The notes beneath the pieces were generated by a model, which saw only the letters and a list, made by a program, of their open reading frames with translations, did not search any database and had not been told where the DNA came from. Positions 1 through 8,219 of a stretch of DNA of 64,000 bases are shown piece after piece (positions within the stretch are counted from its first letter, which is position 1; the number at the start of each line of letters is the position of its first letter). This DNA comes from Gemmatimonadota bacterium (lineage in GTDB: Bacteria; Gemmatimonadota; Gemmatimonadetes; Gemmatimonadales; Gemmatimonadaceae). The DNA lies in NCBI GenBank assembly GCA_040389905.1, contig JAZJZK010000008.1, positions 32,001 through 96,000 on the forward strand. Direction: 5' to 3'. A program made the position numbers and the translations under genes.

Positions 1-2
1 AT

Positions 3-632
3 TCAGTCGGTGAATTCTTCATGCCGCTCCAACCGGGGAGCTATATGGTGGCAGTCCAGATGGAAGGGATGGAATCGAAGATCGTGGGAGTGAACATCCC
101 GAGTGACAGCGGCCGACGGATTTCCGTCTTCCTTCAGCCGCCCTCCGCGCCGCGTCCGGTGCGCGAAGCGTTCAACATTGAAGATCTCACTCAACGACTC
201 GGCGCGCGTAACAAGCAGCTCACCGCGGTTTACTCACGCGAAGAGCTCCAGAAGCTCGGCATCGAGTGGGTGATCGGGGCCGTGAACATGGGCGGGATGG
301 ACTGGTACAGTGAAGACTGTGCTGTCATCATCAACGGGGGGCCGAGGACCGCGAGGCTCGGTAATCTCACGGTTGATGAGATTGAAAGTGTCGAGGTCTA
401 CGGAGGCCGACGTGACATCGCCGCGCTCGTCGCCACGTCCATGGCAAACACGAAGGCGGGTGCCGGCAGCGGAAAGAAAGGCGTCGCGACCAAGGGAGCG
501 CCTGGGATGAAGGTCCCACCGCTCGAAGAGCTGGACCGAATGAGCGCGATGTCCAACATCGACGAAGCACTTCGTCGGAATGCGGGGGTGGCGGCTATTT
601 GCCCGGGAGCGGCGTATGTGTGGATGCGATAA
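3..632 (+). CDS. C-terminal part of a protein ending in a TonB-plug-like domain (5' truncated by window edge)
   Basis: Frame is open from position 3. Contains plug-like motif LGNLTVDEIESVEVY and ends CPGAAYVWMR with no beta-barrel after it. Confidence 0.55.
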   Translation, partial: SVGEFFMPLQPGSYMVAVQMEGMESKIVGVNIPSDSGRRISVFLQPPSAPRPVREAFNIEDLTQRLGARNKQLTAVYSREELQKLGIEWVIGAVNMGGMDWYSEDCAVIINGGPRTARLGNLTVDEIESVEVYGGRRDIAALVATSMANTKAGAGSGKKGVATKGAPGMKVPPLEELDRMSAMSNIDEALRRNAGVAAICPGAAYVWMR

Positions 633-635
633 GCC

Positions 636-663
636 TTGACTTGTCCGCAGTCGCGGCCATATT
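636..663 (+). promoter_or_regulatory. Putative sigma-70 promoter for the leader peptide/ATP-grasp operon
   Basis: TTGACT (636-641), 16-nt spacer, CATATT (658-663). Predicted start site falls at or near the ATG at 670. Confidence 0.55.
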
Positions 664-669
664 CGTCTT

Positions 670-756
670 ATGACTTCACGAGCCGCGCAGTGTATGTGTC
701 CCGTTTGTATGCCCATGTCGCGTATGCGACAGGGGATCGGTGACGCGCACTCGTAA
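670..756 (+). CDS. Cys/Met-rich leader peptide (28 aa, MTSRAAQCMCPVCMPMSRMRQGIGDAHS), putative attenuator peptide
   Basis: Translated by hand; below the ORF-track cutoff. 3 Cys (all TGT) and 4 internal Met fall in codons 8-19. An intrinsic terminator follows. Confidence 0.7.
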   Translation: MTSRAAQCMCPVCMPMSRMRQGIGDAHS

Positions 757-783
757 GTCTCGACGTTAGCACACGTCGCCGAC

Positions 784-822
784 GCGCCCCGATCCCACGC
801 GGATCGGGGCGCTCTCTTTTTC
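784..822 (+). terminator. Intrinsic terminator (attenuator) in the operon leader
   Basis: Perfect 12-bp stem GCGCCCCGATCC (784-795) / GGATCGGGGCGC (801-812), loop CACGC, then TCTCTTTTT. Confidence 0.85.
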
Positions 823-896
823 TGGGCAACTTGGGATTCGCGAACGGATCGAGGTGCGGAGCGACACACCGTTCCCCTCTCCAAGGATGCCCAGCA

Positions 897-1868
897 ATGC
901 GACCGATCGCCGTCTACCACGAGCACCCCGACTGGTTCAAGCCACTCTTCGCCGAGCTCGAGCGACGCGGACTTCCGTACGTCCGCCTCGATGCCTCATC
1001 GCACCGGTACGACCCCGCCGAGCGGACGTCGCCCTATTCGCTTGTGGTCAACCGCGCGAGTCCGTCGGCGTATCTGCGCGGGCATGCCGCCTCTACCTTC
1101 CACACGTTGCACTGGCTCCGCCACCTCGAGCGCGTCGGCACGCCCGTCATCAACGGCAGCAAGACGTACGGTTACGAGCTCTCCAAGGCGTCACAGGCCG
1201 ATGCACTTGCGGAACTCGGCATTCCCGTACCGCGATCGGTGGTCATCAACAATCCCGATCAAGCCGTACGCGCAGCGATCGATCTGCGCTATCCCGTTCT
1301 GGTCAAGGCAAACATCGGTGGCAGTGGCGCCGGCATCACCAAATACGAGACGGCCGCTGCGCTCGAAGCCGCCGTCGCACGCGGTGACGTGAACCTCGGC
1401 GTCGACGGCGTGGCGCTGGTGCAGGAAGCCGCACCACTTCGCGACGGTCACATCACCCGCGTCGAGACACTCGACGGCAACTATCTCTATGCCATCAACG
1501 TGTATCCAGCCATCGGCTCGTTCGATCTCTGTCCTGCCGACGCCTGCCAGACGACAACTGGCGTCGAGTTGGTGGGCGCCGCCTGCGCGGTCGATGCCGT
1601 GAAGAGCGGTCTTCGCGTCGAGGGGTACACGCCTCCGACGGAGATCATCGAGCAGGTCGAGCGTATCTCACGCTTTACGGGGCTCGATATCGGCGGCATC
1701 GAATACTTGATCGATGACCGCGACGGCAAGCCCTACTTCTACGACGTCAACGCCCTTTCCAACTTCGTCGCCGACGCACCGAACGTCATCGGCTTCGATC
1801 CGTGGGTGAACTTCGTGGACTACATCGAGGCCCGCATCGCGGATGCGCGCACCGAGGTCGCGGCATGA
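897..1868 (+). CDS. RimK/glutathione-synthase-like ATP-grasp ligase
   Basis: YPVLVKANIGGSGAGI, LVQE, GGIEY and YDVNALSNF ATP-grasp motifs. Start moved to ATG 897 behind AAGGA. Confidence 0.8.
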   Translation: MRPIAVYHEHPDWFKPLFAELERRGLPYVRLDASSHRYDPAERTSPYSLVVNRASPSAYLRGHAASTFHTLHWLRHLERVGTPVINGSKTYGYELSKASQADALAELGIPVPRSVVINNPDQAVRAAIDLRYPVLVKANIGGSGAGITKYETAAALEAAVARGDVNLGVDGVALVQEAAPLRDGHITRVETLDGNYLYAINVYPAIGSFDLCPADACQTTTGVELVGAACAVDAVKSGLRVEGYTPPTEIIEQVERISRFTGLDIGGIEYLIDDRDGKPYFYDVNALSNFVADAPNVIGFDPWVNFVDYIEARIADARTEVAA

Positions 1869-2953
1869 GTGCAACCATTGCTCCCGAGCGCCGATCAGCG
1901 AGTCCAGGCGCCGAAGCCCCCAGTCGCATGCGCTTCGGCTACTGGCTTCCCGTGTTCGGTGGCTGGCTGCGCAACGTCGACGACGAACGCATGGACGCGA
2001 GTTGGAGCTACACTCGGCGGCTGGCGCAGCGCAGTGAGGAGATCGGCTTCGATCTTACACTGATTGCGGAATTGTTTCTCAACGACATCAAAGGTGCGGA
2101 CGCACCTGCGCTGGACGCATGGAGTACGGCAGCCGCGCTCGCCGCGGTCACGGAACGACTCGAGCTCATGGTGGCCGTCCGGCCGCAATACCATCCCCCC
2201 GCGCAGCTCGCCAAGCAGGCAGCGAACATCGATCAGATCTCCAACGGGCGCCTGGCGCTGAATGTCGTGAGCGCGTGGTGGGCCGACGAAGCACGTCGGT
2301 ACGGCGTGCATTTCGACAAGCACGACGACCGCTACGCGCGCACTGCCGAGTGGCTGGATGTGGTGAGTGGCGCATGGCGCGAATCGCGACTGACGCACAA
2401 GGGCAGCTACTACACGGTCGACGACCTCATCGTCGAGCCAAAGCCCGTCCGTCGTCCCGGACCGACGATCTACGCCGGTGGAGAATCGGAAACCGCAAAG
2501 AATCTCATCGCCAGCAAGTGCGACGCGTACGTCATGCACGGTGATCCCGTCGAACGGATCGCACCGAAGGTGACCGACATGCGCACACGGCGCGAGACCG
2601 CTGGTGGGCCCGCCATGGAGTTCGGCATGGCGGCATACGTCATCGTCAGGGAGAGCGAGGCGGACGCGGAACGCGAACGCGCGCGCATCACCAACGTGAC
2701 GGTGGGGTCACCCGGCTATCACAACTATCAGGATTGGCTGGCGAACACCCAACTCGAGCAGCGCGTCTCACTCGAGGACTACTCGGTCTCGAATCGCGGG
2801 CTGCGCGCGGGTCTCGTCGGCACGGCGGAACAGGTCGCCGATCAGATCCGCGGTTTTCAGGACGCGGGCATTGGCTTGCTGCTCCTGCAATGCAGCCCGC
2901 AACTCGAAGAGATGGAACGCTTCGCGGAGGAGGTCATGCCGTTGGTGAACTAG
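1865..2953 (+). CDS. LLM-class flavin-dependent monooxygenase (SsuD/SfnG-like, putative organosulfur utilisation)
   Basis: RFGYWLPVFGGW, LDAWSTAAALAAVTERLELMVAVRP, IDQISNGRLALNVV, IYAGGES, LVGTAEQVADQI. ATGA overlap with the upstream stop. Confidence 0.85.
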   Translation: MSATIAPERRSASPGAEAPSRMRFGYWLPVFGGWLRNVDDERMDASWSYTRRLAQRSEEIGFDLTLIAELFLNDIKGADAPALDAWSTAAALAAVTERLELMVAVRPQYHPPAQLAKQAANIDQISNGRLALNVVSAWWADEARRYGVHFDKHDDRYARTAEWLDVVSGAWRESRLTHKGSYYTVDDLIVEPKPVRRPGPTIYAGGESETAKNLIASKCDAYVMHGDPVERIAPKVTDMRTRRETAGGPAMEFGMAAYVIVRESEADAERERARITNVTVGSPGYHNYQDWLANTQLEQRVSLEDYSVSNRGLRAGLVGTAEQVADQIRGFQDAGIGLLLLQCSPQLEEMERFAEEVMPLVN

Positions 2954-2994
2954 GCCGCGAACCATCCGAGCGGAGGAGGAGTTAATCTTTCCTC

Positions 2995-4803
2995 ATGCGA
3001 ACTCTCCTCCGCTATCTCAAGCCGTACTGGCCGCTGGTCGTCCTGGCGCTCGTTCTCGCCACGATCAATCAGGTCTTTTCGCTGCTCGATCCGGCCATCC
3101 TGCGGCACATCGTCGACGACTACGCCTCCCAACGTGACAAGTACACGAAGGAGGAGTTCATCACGGGCATCGCGAAGTTGCTCGGCATGGCCGTCGGCGT
3201 GGCGTTCGTCAGCCGAGTGGCGAAGAACTTCCAGGATTATTTCCTGAATGTGGTAGTACAGCGAGTGGGCGCTGACCTGTATTCGGACGGCATCCGCCAC
3301 TCGCTCGCACTCCCCTTCCAGACCTTCGAGGATCAACGAAGCGGCGAGACGCTGGGCAAGCTCCAGAAAGTCCGCTCCGACACCGAGCGCTTCATCAACC
3401 AGTTCGTGAACTTCGTGTTCACCACCATCGTCGGCGTGGTGTTCGTGATGGTGTACTCATTCTCCGTGCACTGGTCCATCGGGCCGGCGTTCGTTCTGAC
3501 CGTTCCCGTGCTGGCGTTCATCAGCAACACCCTCAGCAAACGCGTCAAGGCGATTCAGAAGACCATCGTGAAGGAAACGACGGCCCTCGCCGGCGCCACC
3601 ACGGAATCGCTGCGCAACATCGAGTTGGTGAAGAGTCTTGGCCTCGCGAAACAGGAGGAGCTTCGCCTGAACGCCACGACGAACAAGATCCTTCAGCTCG
3701 AGCTGAAGAAGGTCCGATACATCCGATCCATCAGCTTCATCCAGGGCACGGCGGTGAACTTCATCCGCACCTGCATTCTCTTCCTCATGTTGTTCCTGAT
3801 CTTTCAGGGGAAGATGTCGGTGGGGCAGTACTTCTCGTTGATGATCTACAGCTTCTTCATTTTCGGACCGATGCAGGAGCTGGGCAACGTCGTCAACACG
3901 TTCCGCGAGACGGAGGCGTCGCTCGAGAACTTCGAGGCGATCTTCCGTATTCCCGTCGACCCGAAACCGGTCAACCCGGTTCCGATCGACGACCTCCATA
4001 CGTTCTCGTTCACGGATGTGAGCTTCACGCATGCGACGGCCACCGGCCCTGCGCTCGCCGATGTGTCGTTCGAGGCGCACAGGGGACAGACGCTCGCGTT
4101 CGTCGGACCGTCCGGCGCGGGGAAGACCACGCTCGTGAAGCTGCTCGTCGGACTCTATCGGCCGAGTCACGGGCAGATCCTGTATAACGGCATTTCGAGC
4201 GAGCGCATCGACCTGGACCGATTCCGTGAACGTATCGGCTTCGTGACGCAGGATGCGCAGCTCTTCAGCGGAACGATCCGCGAAAACCTGCTCTTCGTGC
4301 GACCGGACGCGACTGATGAGCAGTGTCTCGCGGTGATGAAGCGCGCGGCGGCGAACTCGCTGCTCAATCGGGCCGACAAGGGGCTCGACACCGTGATCGG
4401 CGAGGGCGGGATGAAGATTTCCGGCGGTGAGAAGCAACGCCTGTCGATTGCCCGTGCGCTCCTCCGCGACCCGCAACTCCTCGTCTTCGACGAGGCGACG
4501 AGCTCGCTCGACTCCCTCACCGAAGAGGAGATCAGTCGGACGATGCGCGACGTCTCCGAAACATCCGACGTGATCACGGTGCTGATTGCACACCGCCTGA
4601 GCACCGTTCTGCATGCCGATCAGATCTTCGTCCTGGAGCGTGGCCGAGTGATCGAGCAAGGACGCCACGACGAGTTGCTCGAGCGGAAGGGACTCTACTA
4701 CGCCATGTGGCGCCAGCAAGTCGGGGAGCGTCGGACGATTACCGCCACGGGACCTGCCGTCGCCGGAAAACCGCCGCTCTCGTCGGGCGCGATCGCCGGT
4801 TGA
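2995..4803 (+). CDS. ABC exporter, fused permease/ATP-binding protein
   Basis: N-terminal TM helices, Walker A GPSGAGKT, signature ISGGEKQR, Walker B LVFDEATS, H-loop IAHRLST. Confidence 0.92.
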   Translation: MRTLLRYLKPYWPLVVLALVLATINQVFSLLDPAILRHIVDDYASQRDKYTKEEFITGIAKLLGMAVGVAFVSRVAKNFQDYFLNVVVQRVGADLYSDGIRHSLALPFQTFEDQRSGETLGKLQKVRSDTERFINQFVNFVFTTIVGVVFVMVYSFSVHWSIGPAFVLTVPVLAFISNTLSKRVKAIQKTIVKETTALAGATTESLRNIELVKSLGLAKQEELRLNATTNKILQLELKKVRYIRSISFIQGTAVNFIRTCILFLMLFLIFQGKMSVGQYFSLMIYSFFIFGPMQELGNVVNTFRETEASLENFEAIFRIPVDPKPVNPVPIDDLHTFSFTDVSFTHATATGPALADVSFEAHRGQTLAFVGPSGAGKTTLVKLLVGLYRPSHGQILYNGISSERIDLDRFRERIGFVTQDAQLFSGTIRENLLFVRPDATDEQCLAVMKRAAANSLLNRADKGLDTVIGEGGMKISGGEKQRLSIARALLRDPQLLVFDEATSSLDSLTEEEISRTMRDVSETSDVITVLIAHRLSTVLHADQIFVLERGRVIEQGRHDELLERKGLYYAMWRQQVGERRTITATGPAVAGKPPLSSGAIAG

Positions 4804-5014
4804 CCGCCGGCAATCAGGACATTTCGGCCGATTTGTATCGGTGACACCGCGCACTGGCAGCGCGACGATCTGGTTCTTTGGTGATTCAACGCACAAGCAC
4901 CCTTCGTGCAGAATGAGCCATTTGCCGCAGACCGCCCTGCCTTGATCTACTCGCCGATGCGTCGAGCTCGGCGCAAGTAGATGTGGGACAGCAGCTTGCG
5001 AGTGATCTGCATTC

Positions 5015-5030
5015 TGGCACATGGATCGCT
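5015..5030 (+). promoter_or_regulatory. Putative sigma-54 promoter of the diguanylate cyclase
   Basis: TGGCACATGGATCGCT fits GG-N10-GC with TGGCAC at -24. It overlaps the track ATG at 5021, so the real start is probably downstream. Confidence 0.5.
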
Positions 5031-5071
5031 TCACTGCACATATTGTGAACGCTATTACTCCTGGTCCCCAA

Positions 5072-6406
5072 GTGGCAGTCAAGGTGACCGAGGAGGCGAT
5101 GGTTGGCTCATCAGAGTCCGACCGAGTCGCCCCCGAGGAGCGTCGCGCCATCGCGGCAGCCTCTGTCTTGCGGGCTCAGCTGCCAACGCGACTGACCGTC
5201 GGCGTCGTCGTCAGCGTTGTCCAGCTTTTCATGTTGGCCTGGACGACGGGATGGGAGAGGGCAACGGATGTCGCCGCAACGGTCGCCGTCATCCTTGCGG
5301 CATACTGCGCTGGACTCGCACTGATTCACGCGACGCGCGTCAAGTCGATGGCAATTCCAGCCTGCGTGACCTGCGTGCTCGCCCTGGACCTCGCCTTCGT
5401 GTTCGCGATGACTGGCGCAACGTCCGCGCCGGCACACTATGATCGCGCGCTCCTGGGCATGATCATCATCGTCCACGTGGCGAACTACTTCTTTGGCGGT
5501 CAGCATGCGTGGCGCGCCCTGCAGATGGGGTTCGCTGCGCATCTGGCACTCATCTACTACGCGAAGGTACGACATTTCCCGATCGACGTCCCTGAAGAGC
5601 TCTGGACGCTGGCGCTCTGTGCGGCCGGTATCTCCGTCATCGTAATCCACTCGACGGACGTCCGGCGACGGCTTCGTTCCCTGGTCGGACTCTTCGAGCA
5701 CGCCGAGGAAGGCGACTTTACGCGAGCGTACGATGTGGCCGCCGATAGCAGGCCGGATGGCATCACACGGGTTGGCCAGGCCTACAACCGCGTGCGCACG
5801 CAGCTCTCGAGCATGGTGCTCACCGATCCGCTGACCGGTTGCCTCAATCGGCGCGGTTTCGATCAGGCGCTCGCGCGCGAGGCAGCACGCGCGACACGTG
5901 CCGGCGGCGAGTTCGGCCTGATCGCCATCGATCTCGATCACTTCAAGTCGGTGAACGACACGTATGGTCACCTCGCCGGAGATGTCGTTCTCCGCGACGT
6001 GGGCGCACTCCTGCTCGCATCGGGGCGCGCGGGTGACGTGGTGGCGCGGGTGGGTGGGGAAGAGTTCGCGATTCTGCTCCCCGATACCGGGGTACCAGGC
6101 GCGTACCTGTTTGCCGCTCGGCTCTGCGAGTGCGTCCGATCGCACCGCTTCGTCGTCGACGCGTCCGCCGCCGTCGTTTCGCTCACGACGAGTGTAGGTG
6201 TCGCCGTGGGATCACCGCGCGGCGAGCCAAACTTCCCCGCAGTGCTCTGGTCGCGCGCCGACAGCGCGCTGTATGCGGCCAAGCGTGCGGATCGGGACTG
6301 CGTGCGCGCGTGGGGTGAGGATACTGAACACTCGGGAGAACACGAGGTGATCGCGTCGCCTGGGTCAGGGCTCGAAGCGACGGCTCGTCGAGAGGACTCG
6401 CTTTAA
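5072..6406 (+). CDS. Membrane-bound diguanylate cyclase (GGDEF); start uncertain (5021/5072/5084/5099)
   Basis: Several TM segments, TDPLTGCLNRR, DLDHFKSVNDTYGH, active site GGEEF, I-site RAGD. Confidence 0.88.
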   Translation: MAVKVTEEAMVGSSESDRVAPEERRAIAAASVLRAQLPTRLTVGVVVSVVQLFMLAWTTGWERATDVAATVAVILAAYCAGLALIHATRVKSMAIPACVTCVLALDLAFVFAMTGATSAPAHYDRALLGMIIIVHVANYFFGGQHAWRALQMGFAAHLALIYYAKVRHFPIDVPEELWTLALCAAGISVIVIHSTDVRRRLRSLVGLFEHAEEGDFTRAYDVAADSRPDGITRVGQAYNRVRTQLSSMVLTDPLTGCLNRRGFDQALAREAARATRAGGEFGLIAIDLDHFKSVNDTYGHLAGDVVLRDVGALLLASGRAGDVVARVGGEEFAILLPDTGVPGAYLFAARLCECVRSHRFVVDASAAVVSLTTSVGVAVGSPRGEPNFPAVLWSRADSALYAAKRADRDCVRAWGEDTEHSGEHEVIASPGSGLEATARREDSL

Positions 6407-6462
6407 TCGCGCTCAACACCTGACAATCTGTTGGGTGGCGCCGAACAATCGAACGGCGAGAG

Positions 6463-7572
6463 TCAATCCAAAAGCGCGTCAAACACCGCGTCGCACGCGC
6501 CGAGGCACCGCTCCAGCCCCTCGAGCGTGTGATCCCCCATGTGCCCGATTCGCACTGACGTCTCCTTGTTCTTCCCGTACCCGCTGCCAATCGTAAATCC
6601 TCGCTCCGCCACCGCACGCAACACCGTCGATGACGTCAGCGACGGGGGAAGCACGATACTCGTGACACTTGGCGAGCGATGCCCCGGCCCAGCCGCGATG
6701 CTCAGTGCTCCTTCATGACGCGCTGACGACGCGTCCACCCACGCGTACGTTCGCTCCGCCATCGCCTTATGTCGCGCCCAGCGAACCGGCATCGTCTCTT
6801 CCGCGATCGCGGCGAGCTGCACATCCGCGGCGTAAAAGAGCGGAAGAGCCGGTGTGTTCGGTGTCTGATGCTTGACGGCGTAGGCGTCGAACTCCACGAC
6901 ATCGAAGTACAGGCCGCGGCGGTCCTGCGAACGCGCACTGTCGATGAACGCCGGCGTGGCCGCGGCGAACGCGAGACCGGGCGGCAGGGCGAGTGCCTTC
7001 TGTGAACCGGTGAGCGCGAAGTCGAGCTGCCAATCATCGAATCGAAGTTCTGCGGCACCGATGCCCGTCACAGAATCGACGAGGCACACCGCACCGTGCT
7101 CGTGTGCGAGCCGCGTGACGGCGCGGACGTCAGTCAGCGCGCCGGTTGACGTCTCCGAATGCGCGACGGTTACGGCCGCATACTCGCGCGCGCTGAGGCG
7201 AATGGTCAACTCATCCAGGTCGACCGTGCTCCCCCAGGGAATGTCGATCACGACGGTCTCGCGACCACACGCGGTCGCGATCGCCGCGAAGCGTGCGGAA
7301 AACGCACCATTGACGATGGAGAGCACGCGACCAGCGGGCGCGCAGCGAATGGCGGATTCCATCAGCCCGGTCGCCGATGAACTGCTGACATACACCGGGC
7401 GCGCCGTCCCGAAGATATGTTGGAGGGATGTCTGGATTCGTGCATACATCGACTCGAACGCAGGACCGCGGTGCGCGATCATCGGCTGTGTCATTGCATC
7501 GAGCACGACCTGTCGCACTTCGGTGGGACCAGGGAAGAAAAACGTGCCCTGCGTAAGGAGTGGCATGGTCAT
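6463..7572 (-). CDS. Class V PLP aminotransferase (serine-pyruvate/alanine-glyoxylate type; likely phosphoserine aminotransferase role)
   Basis: PGPT, HSETSTG, LVDSVTG, TGSQKAL (PLP lysine), RIGHMG. Last gene of the serA operon. Confidence 0.85.
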   Translation of the reverse strand: MTMPLLTQGTFFFPGPTEVRQVVLDAMTQPMIAHRGPAFESMYARIQTSLQHIFGTARPVYVSSSSATGLMESAIRCAPAGRVLSIVNGAFSARFAAIATACGRETVVIDIPWGSTVDLDELTIRLSAREYAAVTVAHSETSTGALTDVRAVTRLAHEHGAVCLVDSVTGIGAAELRFDDWQLDFALTGSQKALALPPGLAFAAATPAFIDSARSQDRRGLYFDVVEFDAYAVKHQTPNTPALPLFYAADVQLAAIAEETMPVRWARHKAMAERTYAWVDASSARHEGALSIAAGPGHRSPSVTSIVLPPSLTSSTVLRAVAERGFTIGSGYGKNKETSVRIGHMGDHTLEGLERCLGACDAVFDALLD

Positions 7573-8219
7573 GCGAGAACGAGCTCCACGAGCTGATCGA
7601 ACGATTCAAGGACCACATCGGCCAGTTCCACGACCTGGTCACGATGCACGAAGCCGGTAAAGGCGGCAAAAGCGTCAACAGCGGGTCGCATCGCAAGGTC
7701 GGTGACACCATCACCCATCGCAAGCACGCGCGGCGGCAGGCCGATCGACTCCGCGACGGCGCGCTTGCCCGTGGCGGTTGCGAGGGGTGAGTCTGACTCG
7801 AAGCCGATGAACTCCCCCAGCTCGTCGAACCGTGTCGAGACGGCATAGACATCGCGCCGCGGTATGCCGAGCCGAAGCGCGACCGGCAGGATCGCCTCGC
7901 GAATGCCGCCGCTCACCAGCACGACGCGACGCTCCGCTGCCACCAGCCTCCGCACGGCGTCTTCCGCACCAGGCGCCAACGTCTCTGCATACGCGTTGGC
8001 CAGCGCTGCGATATCGTCCCACGTGGGATGCACGAGCGCCAGCCGCTCCGCATAAACGTTCTCGAGCGCGATCTCTCCCCGCATTGCGCGATCGGTCAGT
8101 TTCGCAACGTGATCACACACCTCCGCACCACGACGACGCGCGAGCCAATCGATGCCTTCCACGCGACACAGCGTGGAATCGACGTCGAGGATGACACTCG
8201 CGAACCCGTTGAGGCTCAC
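7569..8219 (-). CDS. serB: Phosphoserine phosphatase, HAD-IB family
   Basis: HAD motif I DVDST, LVSGG, K, GDGVTD. Co-operonic with serA. Confidence 0.8.
   Translation of the reverse strand: MSLNGFASVILDVDSTLCRVEGIDWLARRRGAEVCDHVAKLTDRAMRGEIALENVYAERLALVHPTWDDIAALANAYAETLAPGAEDAVRRLVAAERRVVLVSGGIREAILPVALRLGIPRRDVYAVSTRFDELGEFIGFESDSPLATATGKRAVAESIGLPPRVLAMGDGVTDLAMRPAVDAFAAFTGFVHRDQVVELADVVLESFDQLVELVLA

Noticed and set aside
664..830. SAM riboswitch or T-box
   Set aside because: I could not find SAM-I core motifs or the T-box consensus. The leader-peptide model fits the helices.
670..4803. RiPP (graspetide-like) cluster: small peptide + ATP-grasp + oxidoreductase + ABC exporter
   Set aside because: The peptide lacks the multiple Thr/Ser/Lys donor and Asp/Glu acceptor pattern of graspetide cores, and the exporter has no peptidase domain. 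The peptide's coding sequence base-pairs with the terminator, which attenuation explains better. Not fully excluded.
3457..5151. 564-aa - strand ORF
   Set aside because: Antisense shadow of the ABC exporter.
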